NCBI GenBank assembly: GCA_038254115.1
Contig: JBBSGK010000002.1
Span: 5,589-69,588 of the forward strand
From: Candidatus Levyibacteriota bacterium
GTDB taxonomy: Bacteria > Patescibacteriota > Microgenomatia > Levybacterales > UBA12049
Length of the DNA stretch: 64,000 bases
Direction: 5' to 3'
Part shown: positions 36,936 through 46,991 of the stretch, piece by piece
Layout: every line of letters begins with the position of its first letter
Numbering within the stretch: position 1 is the first letter of the stretch
The notes under the pieces: model-generated
Told to the model about the DNA's origin: nothing
Databases searched by the model: none
What the model saw: only the letters and a program-made list of their open reading frames with translations
Program-made: the position numbers and the translations under genes

Positions 36936-38146
36936 AAGACGCAAGCTGGAATGATTTTCCAATCTTTAAAAATAACCCCGGTTTGGTCTATCTAGACAGC
37001 GCAGCTACCTCGCAAAAACCTCAAGCCGTGATTAATGCTGTTTCTAATTTCTGTGAAACCCATAACTCCAATATTCACCGCGGAATTTACACACTTAGTC
37101 ATAATGCAACAGATCTTTTTGAGAAAACAAGAGAAAAAGTAGCAAAGTTTATAGGCACTAAAACAGCAAGCGAAATAATTTTTACTAGCGGAACAACTGA
37201 ATCAATAAATCTTGTTGCAAGAGGCTACGGGAATAAACATTTGGAAAAAGGTGATATCGTAGTACTCTCTGAGATGGAACATCATTCCAACATCGTCCCA
37301 TGGTTAAGACTGAAGGAGGAAAAGGGGATTGAGGTAACATTTATTCCGGTTGATGATGAAGGAATTCTGGATTATAAAAACTTTGATGTAAATTATTCCA
37401 AAGTAAAACTATTAGCCATTACTCATGTCTCAAATGTACTGGGAACAATTAATCCAATTTCTGATATTGTTAATCATTTTAGAAAAAATGGGGCAGTAGC
37501 AAAAGTCTTAGTGGACGCTGCGCAATCAATTCCACATCTTGAAATCAATGTAAAAGATTTGGATTGTGACTTTTTGGCATTCTCGTCACACAAAATGCTC
37601 GGACCAAGCGGAGTTGGAGTTTTATGGACAAAAAAGGAAATTTTGGAGTCTATGGATCCTCTCATTTTTGGAAGTCATATGATAAAAAAAGTGACGAAGG
37701 ATAAAGCAACGTGGGCAGATATCCCTGATAAATTTGAAGCCGGAACGAGAAATATAGAGGGAGTGATCGGCCTAGGAGCAGCAATTGACTATCTACAAAG
37801 TACGGGATTGGCAAATATTCTAAAATATGAACAATTACTCACAGAATATGCTTTGGATAAATTTAAAACTTTGAAAGATGTCAAACTTTTCGGATCAAAA
37901 CTATCAAAAAATAGACTTGGCGTATTCTCATTTGCAGTTGGTAGGATACATCCTCATGATGTTTCGGAAATTCTTAATAGGGAAAATATTTGCATAAGAT
38001 CAGGCCATCACTGTACTCAACCCCTCATGAGCTGTCTAGGAGTAATGGGAACAGCCCGGGCTTCCCTCTACCTATACAACACAAAAAATGACATTGATAA
38101 ACTGGTTGATGGAATAGAGCTTGTTGAAAAAACATTTAAAATATAA
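36932..38146 (+). CDS. sufS: Cysteine desulfurase SufS (class V aminotransferase fold)
   Basis: PLP-lysine region FSSHKMLGPSGVGVLW, active-site Cys loop RSGHHCTQPLM, SufS-type N-terminus. Confidence 0.85.
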   Translation: MKDASWNDFPIFKNNPGLVYLDSAATSQKPQAVINAVSNFCETHNSNIHRGIYTLSHNATDLFEKTREKVAKFIGTKTASEIIFTSGTTESINLVARGYGNKHLEKGDIVVLSEMEHHSNIVPWLRLKEEKGIEVTFIPVDDEGILDYKNFDVNYSKVKLLAITHVSNVLGTINPISDIVNHFRKNGAVAKVLVDAAQSIPHLEINVKDLDCDFLAFSSHKMLGPSGVGVLWTKKEILESMDPLIFGSHMIKKVTKDKATWADIPDKFEAGTRNIEGVIGLGAAIDYLQSTGLANILKYEQLLTEYALDKFKTLKDVKLFGSKLSKNRLGVFSFAVGRIHPHDVSEILNRENICIRSGHHCTQPLMSCLGVMGTARASLYLYNTKNDIDKLVDGIELVEKTFKI

Positions 38147-38147
38147 C

Positions 38148-38516
38148 ATGCAGGATCCAATTTACCGCGAAATTATTCTGGAACACTGGCAAGACCCTCA
38201 AAATTACGGGGTAGTGGATAATGCTGATTTTGATGTAACTGATCTCAATCCGCTTTGCGGAGATGAGATACGCATTACCGGAAAAATAAAAAATGGCAAG
38301 TTGATAGATATCGGCTTTGTAAGTGAGGGCTGCGCAATATCCAAGGCATCAGCATCACTTTTTACGGAAAAAATAAAAGGAGAATCGCTTTCGGATATTA
38401 AAAAACTCGGCCCGGATGATGTCCTGGAAGAGTTGGGCATAGAACTTACACCGGCACGTACAAAATGCGCCCTCCTGATTTATTCTGCTACCAAACAAAC
38501 TCTTAAATCTTTTTAG
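38148..38516 (+). CDS. sufU: SufU/IscU-like zinc-dependent sulfur transfer protein
   Basis: YREIILEHWQDPQNYG...NPLCGDEIRITGKI...GCAISKASASLFTE. ATG at 38148 immediately follows the sufS stop at 38144-38146. The ORF-track TTG at 38121 is less likely. Confidence 0.8.
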   Translation: MQDPIYREIILEHWQDPQNYGVVDNADFDVTDLNPLCGDEIRITGKIKNGKLIDIGFVSEGCAISKASASLFTEKIKGESLSDIKKLGPDDVLEELGIELTPARTKCALLIYSATKQTLKSF

Positions 38517-39423
38517 CATGGAAATCAGTAAAAAGCTTAAGTATGCCGGGAGAGGAGCTCCAGGGAATCTCAGATAGTACCATGAAGAGTGCTATTCTAG
38601 GACTAAAGAACGCGACAGCAATCCCAATTGCCAAGGCGTTATTCATGTATGTTTTTGATACAGCTACTGCGATTCTATCCGTCTTTTTTCTCCAAAATAC
38701 TGCAAAATAGGTAATTATAAATGTTGCAATAAATAATAAATGAAGCCATAGAATGTCAACAAACGTACTAAATGGATTTGCCATAATTTGATTGGCTTGA
38801 GTCGAAACCACAATGTAATTTATTACGCAGCATGCAAGAATATTGATAAAGCTATAATATTTTGTGGTTTTGAGTACAGCATTCTTTCCAATTTTTCGAA
38901 CAATTTGAGAAGCAATTAGAGGAATAAAGTTAACAATATGCAAAGTTTTGAATAAATTTCCTAAATCCAGGTGAATTATTTTTTGTGCTAATACAAAGAG
39001 CAAAAATAAAACAGTAAAAGGGGACACAAGATAAGCAGCAACTGCAATAGCGATACTTAAAGAGGTATTTCCCTTAAAGATATCTGTCACAGCAGGGGAG
39101 GCAGATCCAGGGGGGATAGCTGAAAGCAGTAACATGCCAATTGCAATTTCAGGATTTATAAATTTAAACAGCGCATAGAATAGGACTGGAATAATAATAA
39201 GATAGAGTATGAGAATATAGAGAAGGAATAGAGGTTTTTTGAAATGAGCAACTACATTGAGAAAATCAATTTTGAGGCAAGCTAGGAAAAACATCAACAT
39301 CAACAGAGGGATAACAAGAAAACTAAAATTACGGCCAAAAGATGGAAAAAATAAACCGAGCAGCAAAGACAAAGTTAGAGGAATCCAAAACCTTTCTTCA
39401 AAAAGCTTAATGACTGTAATCAT
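38503..39423 (-). CDS. Polytopic membrane transporter, possibly bile-acid:sodium-symporter (BASS)/ACR3-like fold
   Basis: 306 aa, about 9 hydrophobic spans, Pro/Gly/Ser-containing re-entrant-looking segment LLSAIPPGSASPAV. Family assignment is tentative. Confidence 0.35.
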   Translation of the reverse strand: MITVIKLFEERFWIPLTLSLLLGLFFPSFGRNFSFLVIPLLMLMFFLACLKIDFLNVVAHFKKPLFLLYILILYLIIIPVLFYALFKFINPEIAIGMLLLSAIPPGSASPAVTDIFKGNTSLSIAIAVAAYLVSPFTVLFLLFVLAQKIIHLDLGNLFKTLHIVNFIPLIASQIVRKIGKNAVLKTTKYYSFINILACCVINYIVVSTQANQIMANPFSTFVDILWLHLLFIATFIITYFAVFWRKKTDRIAVAVSKTYMNNALAIGIAVAFFSPRIALFMVLSEIPWSSSPGILKLFTDFHAKKI

Positions 39424-40475
39424 ATTGCTTGTGTAATTTTATCTCCCAGCTCTTTTGTTCCGAGGATTTTGTCCGTCGTAATATCTTTTGTTCCGTATCC
39501 TTCTTCAAGCACTTTCTCAACCGCTAAATAGATTGCTTTTGATTCTTCGGTCATGCCAAAACTCCGCTCAAGCATCATTGCTGCTGATAATATAGTTCCG
39601 ATGGGATTGGCCGTGTTCAGCCCTGTAGCTTTTGGATAGCTGCCATGAATCGGTTCGTACAGCGCAGTTTTGTCACCAATTGACGCCGATGGCAACATGC
39701 CAAGTGACCCTGTTATAACGGATGCCTCATCGGACAGAATATCCCCAAACATATTGTCTGTTAATAGAACGTCAAAGCTTGATGGCCTTTTTATAATCTG
39801 CATTGCAGCATTATCTACAAACATATATTCAGTTTCAATTTGAGGATAGCTTTTTGCAATATCCTGCACCACCTCTCTCCACAATCTTGATGTTTCTTCA
39901 ACATTGGCCTTATCTACTAACGTCACCTTACTTTTTCTTTGGCCTGCAAGCTTAAATGCCACGTGCGATATACGGGTTACTTGTTTTTTTGTGTAGACGC
40001 TAGTATCATAAGCGCTATTTCCATTTTTAGTACGCCCCTTTTTGCCGAAGTAAATACCTCCGGTCAATTCTCTGACAACTACAAAATCAACGTCTTTAAC
40101 AATTTCCGGTTTAAGCGGAGATTTGTCGATAAGACTTTTAAATATATGAATCGGTCTTAAGTTGGTATAAAGATCCAGCGCAAGCCGCAGGCCTAAGATT
40201 CCCTGTTCAGGGCGCACTTTGGAAAGTGGGTCGTTGTCGTATTTCGGATCACCAATTGCACCGAAAAGAATTGCGTTAGTCTTCTTACACAAATCAAGAG
40301 TTTCATCCGGCAATGCAGTTCCTATCTTATCAATTGCAGCCCCACCAATTAAGCCGTATTCATACTCAAACTTATAATTATAGACTTGAGCTATTTTATT
40401 GAGGATTTTTACAGCCTCTGCAATAATCTCTGGGCCAATCCCATCACCAGGCAACACAGCAATTGTTTTTTTCAT
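39420..40475 (-). CDS. leuB: 3-isopropylmalate dehydrogenase
   Basis: MKKTIAVLPGDGIGPEI, ...NMFGDILSDEASVITGSLGMLPSASIG..., typical LeuB length. Sits within a leuA-C-D-B run. Confidence 0.9.
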   Translation of the reverse strand: MKKTIAVLPGDGIGPEIIAEAVKILNKIAQVYNYKFEYEYGLIGGAAIDKIGTALPDETLDLCKKTNAILFGAIGDPKYDNDPLSKVRPEQGILGLRLALDLYTNLRPIHIFKSLIDKSPLKPEIVKDVDFVVVRELTGGIYFGKKGRTKNGNSAYDTSVYTKKQVTRISHVAFKLAGQRKSKVTLVDKANVEETSRLWREVVQDIAKSYPQIETEYMFVDNAAMQIIKRPSSFDVLLTDNMFGDILSDEASVITGSLGMLPSASIGDKTALYEPIHGSYPKATGLNTANPIGTILSAAMMLERSFGMTEESKAIYLAVEKVLEEGYGTKDITTDKILGTKELGDKITQAI

Positions 40476-40476
40476 A

Positions 40477-41091
40477 CTAAGATTTTAATGAAAAGTCGTT
40501 TTTGCGCTTTTTTTCAAACTCTTCGGTTTCTTTCTTCACGCTTAGCAGATAATCCACATCATCATATCCATTGATAACGCAGATTTTTTTGTATGGATTT
40601 ATGTCAAAAGGCTCGCTCAATTTTTTTGCAGGAATACTGATGGTTTGGTTTTCAACATCAACTTCAATAACCATATTATGATCTTTTGTTACTTCAGCAA
40701 ACAATTTTCTCAAGAATGGCTTTGTGACTTGTACGGGCAGGAGGGTGTTGTTGAGGGCGTTATTCTTGAAAATATCTGCAAAAAAGCTCGACACAACGAC
40801 AGTGAACCCATAATCAGACAAAGCCCATGCAGCGTGCTCCCTGCTTGATCCTGAGCCGAAATTATTTCCGGCAATTAAAATCTCCCCTTTATAATTTGGG
40901 TGATTTAGAACAAAATGAGGTTTGGGATTTCCTTCGGGATCAAACCTCCAATCCCGGAATACATTTGCGCCAAACCCCTCCCGTGTGATTGCCTTCAAAA
41001 AACGAGCCGGAATAATCTGGTCTGTATCAACATCCTCCATATCGAGTGGAATTGCTGTTGATATGATTCTTTTAAGTAATTTTTTCTTCAT
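40477..41091 (-). CDS. leuD: 3-isopropylmalate dehydratase small subunit
   Basis: Aconitase swivel-domain signature [17 protein letters not shown]. About 200 aa. Confidence 0.85.
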   Translation of the reverse strand: MKKKLLKRIISTAIPLDMEDVDTDQIIPARFLKAITREGFGANVFRDWRFDPEGNPKPHFVLNHPNYKGEILIAGNNFGSGSSREHAAWALSDYGFTVVVSSFFADIFKNNALNNTLLPVQVTKPFLRKLFAEVTKDHNMVIEVDVENQTISIPAKKLSEPFDINPYKKICVINGYDDVDYLLSVKKETEEFEKKRKNDFSLKS

Positions 41092-42497
41092 ATAAACTCC
41101 CTTACATCGCTTACTCTTCCGGTAATTGCAGCAGCGGCTGCTGTCATCGGGCTTGCAAGAAATGTCCGCGCCCCCGGGCCTTGTCTTCCCTGAAAATTGC
41201 GGTTGGATGTAGAAACACAGTACTTACCGGCAGGTATCTTATCCTCATTCATTCCAAGGCAAGCTGAGCACCCTGCTCCACGCATCTGAAATCCTGCCGC
41301 CATAAAAATGTCATCCAGTCCCTCTTCCTGAATTTGCTTAACCACTTGCGCAGATCCCGGAACAACAAATACAGTCAGCCAATCAGGCTTCTTCTTTCCC
41401 TTAACAATTTGTGCGATTTTCCGGTAGTCCTCCATACGTGAATTTGTGCAGGATCCGAGAAATACATAATCTACTTTTTTGCCAAGAAGTTGTTTCCCCT
41501 GATCGGATACCATTCCCATGTATTCCATTGCTCTCAGAAAATTATCTTTTAAATTTTTCTCCTCAAACATACTCTCATCAGGAATCGTTCCTGTAATTTT
41601 CATACCCATCCCTGGATTGGTTCCATATGTAATCATCGGATCAATGTCCGCTGCGTCAAAAGAAATTTCTTTATCATACTTAGCCCCTTTGTCTGTCGGC
41701 AAAGTTTTCCAATACTCAACGGCGCTGTCCCACTTTTCACCTATGGGCACAAATTTACGTCCTTTCATGTATTCATATGTCGTTTCATCAGGCGCAATCA
41801 ATCCGCCACGAGCACCCATCTCAATGCTCATATTACAAATCGTCATACGCGCTTCCATGGAAAGTGATTCTATTGCAGATCCGGAATATTCAACAAAGTA
41901 TCCTGTTCCACCGGAAGTTGAAATCTTGGAAATTATATAAAGGATAATATCTTTTGAGCTGACTCCTTTTCCCAGTTTTCCGTCAATTCTGATATTCATT
42001 GTCTTTGGCTTATATTGCAAAATAGTCTGGGTTGCCAATACCTGCTCAACCTCACTTGTCCCGATGCCAAAAGCGATTGTCCCGAAAGCCCCATGTGTTG
42101 ATGTATGACTATCTCCGCAAACGATCGTCATTCCTGGCTTGGTAATTCCAAGCTCGGGCCCGATTATGTGGACTATTCCCTGAAATGGGTGGCCCAGTCC
42201 GTACAAACGAACTCCAAAATCGCGGCAATTTGTATCAAGCATCTCAATTTGCTTTCGGGACATTTCCTCTTTGATAGGTTTGTCCTGGTCTTTGGTAGGT
42301 ACATTGTGATCCATAGTTGCCCAAGTTCTATCAGGCCGGAAAACAGGAACTCCGCGTTTCCTTAATCCGTTAAATGCCTGTGGACTGGTAACCTCATGAA
42401 TCAGGTGCGCATCTATATAAAACACAGCCGGATAATTATCCTGCTGATGGACAATGTGCTGATCCCAGATCTTTTCAAAAAGTGTTTTGGGTTTCAT
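41088..42497 (-). CDS. leuC: 3-isopropylmalate dehydratase large subunit
   Basis: Aconitase-family Fe-S ligand regions ...[14 protein letters not shown]..., ...[10 protein letters not shown]..., [19 protein letters not shown]. Confidence 0.9.
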   Translation of the reverse strand: MKPKTLFEKIWDQHIVHQQDNYPAVFYIDAHLIHEVTSPQAFNGLRKRGVPVFRPDRTWATMDHNVPTKDQDKPIKEEMSRKQIEMLDTNCRDFGVRLYGLGHPFQGIVHIIGPELGITKPGMTIVCGDSHTSTHGAFGTIAFGIGTSEVEQVLATQTILQYKPKTMNIRIDGKLGKGVSSKDIILYIISKISTSGGTGYFVEYSGSAIESLSMEARMTICNMSIEMGARGGLIAPDETTYEYMKGRKFVPIGEKWDSAVEYWKTLPTDKGAKYDKEISFDAADIDPMITYGTNPGMGMKITGTIPDESMFEEKNLKDNFLRAMEYMGMVSDQGKQLLGKKVDYVFLGSCTNSRMEDYRKIAQIVKGKKKPDWLTVFVVPGSAQVVKQIQEEGLDDIFMAAGFQMRGAGCSACLGMNEDKIPAGKYCVSTSNRNFQGRQGPGARTFLASPMTAAAAAITGRVSDVREFI

Positions 42498-43984
42498 ATT
42501 ATTTTATTCAGAGCGTCCAGATATGCTTTAACTGATGCGACGATGACATCCGTATCCGCGCCAAAACCATAATACATTATTTTTTTATACTCAACTTGGA
42601 CATGCACCTTGCCCAGATCATCACTTCCTCCGGTTACAGCTTGGACAAGATATTCCTCAAGCTTAACCTTTTTCTTTAAAATCTTATCGACTGCCGAAAA
42701 AGCTGCATCCACAGGTCCGTCTCCTGTTGCCTGAGCTTTCATCTCTTGACCATTTATTTTTATAGTAACATTTGCGCTCGGTGTAACTGAGGTTCCGCAG
42801 ACAACTTCCAAAAGATCCAATGTTGCGTTATCTCCATTTACCTGGTCTCCCATAAGAATCCGCAAGTCATCATCATTGATATCTTTTTTCTTATCGGCAA
42901 CTGTCAGGAAATTTTTATAAATCTCATCCAGTTTTTCAGGTGTCACTTTATAATTAAGTCTTTCCAGGTGATATTTAAGCGCAGCTCTGCCCGATCTGGC
43001 TGTCAGAGCTAGGGAGGATTCTTTGATTCCCACATCCTGAGGACTTATGATTTCATAAGTTAAACGGTGTTTGAGAACTCCGTTTTGATGGATTCCTGAA
43101 GAGTGCGCAAAAGCATTGCGCCCGACGATTGCTTTATTTGCCTGAACAGGCATTCGCATAAGGCGCGATACCATGCGCGATGCAGGATAGATTTTTTTGG
43201 TATCAATTTGAGTTATTGCGTTAAGATCTTTTCTGGTTGAGAGGATCATCACTGCTTCTTCAAGGGAAGTATTTCCCGCCCTCTCGCCAACTCCGTTAAT
43301 TGTTACCTCAATTTGCCTCGCGCCGTTTTGGACAGCAGCAATTGAATTGGCAGTCGCCATGCCCAAGTCATTATGACAGTGAACGGCAACGATTACATCT
43401 TCAATCCCATCGACATGATCAAACAAGTATTTTATTTTCTCCCCAAATTCACTAGGAAGACAATAGCCGGTTGTATCGGGAATATTTACAGTTGTAGCAC
43501 CTGCTTTTATAGCTTTCTCTATAAACTCTGCCAGAAATTCATTATCAGTCCGTCCCGCATCCATGGCCGAAAACTCAACGTCCTCGGCAAATTTCTTGGC
43601 GTATTTTACAGCTTCCACGGCTTGTTCTGTTATTTTCTCACGTGTTGAGCGGAACTGATGGATGATGTGAACATCCGAACTGCTGATAAAGGTATGAATG
43701 CGCTTGTGTTTGGCGAACTTCAACGATTCGTTTGCTGCGTCTATGTCTCCTTTTATTGCGCGGGACAAAGCAGTAATGATTGGCTTTTTAACAACTTTGC
43801 TAATTTCCTGGACTGATTTCAGATCCCCGGGGCTTGAAATAGGAAAGCCTGCCTCTATGATATCGACTCCAAGCGACTCAAGCATTTCTGCAACTTCAAT
43901 TTTTTCAACAGTATTTAACTGACAGCCGGGGGATTGCTCACCGTCTCTTAATGTTGTGTCAAAGATAAAAATTTTATTTTTCAT
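42494..43984 (-). CDS. leuA: 2-isopropylmalate synthase
   Basis: [14 protein letters not shown] (DRE-TIM metallolyase N-terminus), [18 protein letters not shown]-terminal LeuA regulatory domain. Confidence 0.9.
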   Translation of the reverse strand: MKNKIFIFDTTLRDGEQSPGCQLNTVEKIEVAEMLESLGVDIIEAGFPISSPGDLKSVQEISKVVKKPIITALSRAIKGDIDAANESLKFAKHKRIHTFISSSDVHIIHQFRSTREKITEQAVEAVKYAKKFAEDVEFSAMDAGRTDNEFLAEFIEKAIKAGATTVNIPDTTGYCLPSEFGEKIKYLFDHVDGIEDVIVAVHCHNDLGMATANSIAAVQNGARQIEVTINGVGERAGNTSLEEAVMILSTRKDLNAITQIDTKKIYPASRMVSRLMRMPVQANKAIVGRNAFAHSSGIHQNGVLKHRLTYEIISPQDVGIKESSLALTARSGRAALKYHLERLNYKVTPEKLDEIYKNFLTVADKKKDINDDDLRILMGDQVNGDNATLDLLEVVCGTSVTPSANVTIKINGQEMKAQATGDGPVDAAFSAVDKILKKKVKLEEYLVQAVTGGSDDLGKVHVQVEYKKIMYYGFGADTDVIVASVKAYLDALNKII

Positions 43985-44798
43985 ATTTTTTATTTTTTCC
44001 CAGGAATAATAAATAGATAACCCCTATATATCCCGCCATTATAGAAAGTCTGGCCAAACTAAATTCAGAATCTATTCCTGTAAAGCTACGTACTGCGTGA
44101 CCAATCAGGCTACGCTCGTCAGGCATAAATCTCATTTGAAATGAAACAATGTCAGACAAGCGAAAATTAAATTGATGAGCGAGCAGCTCTGTTGTTCCCA
44201 CCTGGACCATTGATGCCCCAAGCAGCATAATCATATATTCCGTAATGCGGAACACTTTCTGTATGGGAAATTTGGTGTATGTAAAAAATGCCGCTATCCC
44301 AACAAGCGATGCTGATCCAAGTCCAATAAAAAGCCCCATCATATTCTGAAAGAAAACAGCAAAGAGCGAAGTGCTCGCTGTGAATAGAGCAATTTCAAAT
44401 CCTTCTCTTATTACTAATAATATAATAGTTGCAAACAATGTAAAATCAAAAGCTCTGTTCTCCAATTTTGTTTTAGCTGTTTTAATTATAGCTTTTTTAT
44501 TCTCACTTATCCGCCTGTGAAGGGAAAAAATAACATAAGCTATGAAGAATCCGGAAAACAGCATAAGATAGTTTCCCAATAATTCTGCCCGCTTTTCAGT
44601 TAGTATAACTCGGGCCGCGTCCCCAAAGGTGTAAGTTGCAGTTGACAAAATAACAGAAATTAAAATTCCCAGTGCTGCAGCAATCCCTATCTCTGTTTCT
44701 TTTTTCAAACGAAGCTTTCGTGATACTCCCAGAAAAACACCTATGATTAGGAATATTTCCAAAAACTCTCTGAATGCAATTATCGCTATACTGAACAT
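43974..44798 (-). CDS. FTR1/EfeU-family putative iron permease, first gene after the leu attenuator
   Basis: Two RExxE motifs in hydrophobic spans ([13 protein letters not shown] and [13 protein letters not shown]). Seven predicted TMS. I prefer the ATG at 44798 (MFSIAII...) over the TTG at 44855, which lies in the terminator U-tract. Confidence 0.5.
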   Translation of the reverse strand: MFSIAIIAFREFLEIFLIIGVFLGVSRKLRLKKETEIGIAAALGILISVILSTATYTFGDAARVILTEKRAELLGNYLMLFSGFFIAYVIFSLHRRISENKKAIIKTAKTKLENRAFDFTLFATIILLVIREGFEIALFTASTSLFAVFFQNMMGLFIGLGSASLVGIAAFFTYTKFPIQKVFRITEYMIMLLGASMVQVGTTELLAHQFNFRLSDIVSFQMRFMPDERSLIGHAVRSFTGIDSEFSLARLSIMAGYIGVIYLLFLGKNKKYEK

Positions 44799-44853
44799 AA
44801 TTTTAATTATACACCCGCCGTTGTTTTCTTTTCGTCTAACATCCTGAACCCAC

Positions 44854-44877
44854 AAAAAAAACCCCGCTGAGCGGGGG
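44854..44877 (-). terminator. Intrinsic terminator of the leu attenuator (CCCCGC-UCA-GCGGGG + U8 on minus strand)
   Basis: Plus strand reads aaaaaaaaccccgctgagcggggg. The reverse strand gives a GC hairpin followed by eight U. Confidence 0.75.
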
Positions 44878-44910
44878 TGTATTTGTTACTAACCAAACAA
44901 ATCTCCCCGC

Positions 44911-44955
44911 CTAAACGGTAAGAAGTGTAAGGTTAAGAAGTTGTCTTTTATTCAT
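44911..44955 (-). CDS. leuL: Leu-rich leader peptide MNKRQLLNLTLLTV (leu operon attenuator)
   Basis: 14 codons, 5 Leu. The stop is immediately followed by GCGGGGAG, which can pair with the 5' arm of the terminator (antiterminator). TTGACG-N17-TATTAT promoter at 44965-44993 (minus). Confidence 0.6.
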   Translation of the reverse strand: MNKRQLLNLTLLTV

Positions 44956-45057
44956 GTTGATTTGATAATATCAGAAGAATCACAATCCGTCAATAGTTTT
45001 GTTACGCCTGATCCTGTTTGAGATATTGACTGGAAAGTATAGCGAGGTGGTATACTA

Positions 45058-45435
45058 TTGTTCATGGATAAATCTCAACCCGCAACAAAAGAAGACTTAT
45101 TAGATCTTGAAAAAAGGCAGGATAAGAAGTTTGCTGCAAAAACAGATATAAAAGACCTCAAATTAGAAACTAAATCTATACGGGGAGAGCTTTTGAGGGT
45201 TGAGGAAAAAGTAGAATATATACAAGATGAAATAAAAGAAATTGGCGCAGATAACAAAAGCATGGATACCAAACTTGATAGACTCCAGAATACGTTGGAC
45301 AGTTTAGTCGGGGGAATTGATGAGTTAAGAGTTGAAAATACAGTTGGAACGCATCAGACCCGAGAGCTTCAGGTCAAAGTTGAAGATCATGAGAAGAGAT
45401 TAAGGCAAGTTGAGTCTTCAAAACAAGCAGCGTAA
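45058..45435 (+). CDS. Hypothetical coiled-coil protein
   Basis: 125 aa, heptad-rich (LKLETKSIRGELLRVEEKVEYIQDEIKEI...LDRLQNTLDSLVGGIDELRVEN). TTGACT-N17-TATACT promoter just upstream. Confidence 0.5.
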   Translation: MFMDKSQPATKEDLLDLEKRQDKKFAAKTDIKDLKLETKSIRGELLRVEEKVEYIQDEIKEIGADNKSMDTKLDRLQNTLDSLVGGIDELRVENTVGTHQTRELQVKVEDHEKRLRQVESSKQAA

Positions 45436-45511
45436 ATTAAATTTATCCCATAAAAAATTTAAGTGCGAAAAAGCTTGCATTCTCAGGCTTTTATGATAAA
45501 ATATCGATATT

Positions 45512-46018
45512 ATGACAGAAGCCAGAGATAATAGAGGCGCAGGAGAAGGAGCAGCTGCTGTAGATTCTCCTAGTAAACAACTGACAGTTCTTTGGGATGA
45601 AATGCGAGGAATTCAAAATGGATGGGGACATGGACTTGGTAGTGGTGGAGAAAAAGTTGGTTTTGGGTTTACTACAAGAACTGAGCCATCTGGAGATGGT
45701 GGTATACATGCGTCATTAGGCAAAGAAGCTGACGGATCTTTTAGAATAAGATTTTCATCTGTAAAGCGTGTGAGTTTAAAAACGTGGAGATGGGGAGAGG
45801 AGTACGAGATCACAGGGGATGTAATTGCAGACAGAAAAGTTCACGAAGACTTTAGGCTTGACGGTGTTGATATGAATGACAGAAATCCAAACCCACATAG
45901 TATGGGAATTGATGGATCTACTCCTGCTGGCCCAATAGGTTTCCTGAGAACATTATGGCAAGAGAGAAGAGATGAATTTAATGCTTCCAATCGGAGCGTT
46001 GGTCTCCCTAATGTTTAA
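45512..46018 (+). CDS. Hypothetical protein, no recognisable domain (GC-richer)
   Basis: 168-aa ORF, Gly-rich N-terminal half (WGHGLGSGGEKVGFGFTT). No known family. Confidence 0.4.
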   Translation: MTEARDNRGAGEGAAAVDSPSKQLTVLWDEMRGIQNGWGHGLGSGGEKVGFGFTTRTEPSGDGGIHASLGKEADGSFRIRFSSVKRVSLKTWRWGEEYEITGDVIADRKVHEDFRLDGVDMNDRNPNPHSMGIDGSTPAGPIGFLRTLWQERRDEFNASNRSVGLPNV

Positions 46019-46051
46019 AAGTTTTAAAATCGAACGAAACTATTTTAGATT

Positions 46052-46972
46052 TTAAATCTTCGTTGTCCAGGCTTTGTAATCTTTATCTTTCCCACGAACA
46101 ATACTGAAGAACTTTTCCTGAAGTTTTTTGGTGACAGATCCTATACCGGCTTTTCCAATTTGTCTATTATCTATTTTTGCAACCCACGCAACTTGACAAC
46201 CAGTTCCTGAAAGAAAAACTTCATCCGAAACATACAATTCGCTTCGTTCAATAGAACGCTCAATTGTATCAATGCCCATGTCTTTTGCAATTTGAATAAC
46301 AGACCTCCTCGTAATTCCCTCAAGGGCTCCTTCAGAAAGACCGGGTGTGATAAGTTTTCCGTCGCGGACGATAAATAGATTTTCTGCAGATCCTTCAGAT
46401 ACATGCCCTGAACTATTTAGTAAAATCGCTTCATCAAATCCACCATCAGTTGCTTCCTTTCTTGCGAGGGCTGAATTTACATATCCTCCTGAAAGCTTTG
46501 CACGGGTAGGAATTGCATTATCGCTGATTCTTTGCCAGGTCGAGACAATCATGGATAAGCCTTTATCAACCGGCATATATTCCTCAAGCGGAATCATGTA
46601 GAGAGCAAAATCAAGTTTTATATTTGCAAAATTAGGACCAAGCTCGGTATTACCGACATATGCAAACGGGCGAAGGTAAATATTTGTTTTAGGCTCATTC
46701 TTTGCAATAAGATCAAGTGTAATTTTTTTTAACTCCTCGTGCGAATAGGGAAGCGGACATCCTACAATTCTACCCGAAGACAAAAATCTCTTGTAATGAT
46801 CATCGATTCTAAAAAGAGAAACAAATCCTTCTTCTTTATTGTAGTAACCCCTGATGCCACCAAAAAAAGCTGTGCCGTACTGCAGAGCATTGGTCATAAT
46901 AGAGACCTTTGCATCCTCAATCTTTACGATTTCTCCTTGAAAAAATGCGTATGGAAATGCTTGAGTTTTCAT
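46052..46972 (-). CDS. ilvE: Branched-chain amino acid aminotransferase (fold type IV PLP)
   Basis: MKTQAFPYAFFQGEIVKIEDAKVSIMTNALQYGTAFFGGIRGY... Conserved E..GSAENLF and LSGTGCQV(T)...V motifs. Confidence 0.85.
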   Translation of the reverse strand: MKTQAFPYAFFQGEIVKIEDAKVSIMTNALQYGTAFFGGIRGYYNKEEGFVSLFRIDDHYKRFLSSGRIVGCPLPYSHEELKKITLDLIAKNEPKTNIYLRPFAYVGNTELGPNFANIKLDFALYMIPLEEYMPVDKGLSMIVSTWQRISDNAIPTRAKLSGGYVNSALARKEATDGGFDEAILLNSSGHVSEGSAENLFIVRDGKLITPGLSEGALEGITRRSVIQIAKDMGIDTIERSIERSELYVSDEVFLSGTGCQVAWVAKIDNRQIGKAGIGSVTKKLQEKFFSIVRGKDKDYKAWTTKI

Positions 46973-46991
46973 AAATTGATTTTAGCAAATC

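Noticed and set aside
44799-44855. N-terminal extension MWVQDVRRKENNGGCIIKI of the FTR1-like gene (TTG start at 44855)
   Set aside because: The TTG lies inside the U-tract of the leu attenuator terminator. The ATG at 44798 gives a sensible start after the terminator.
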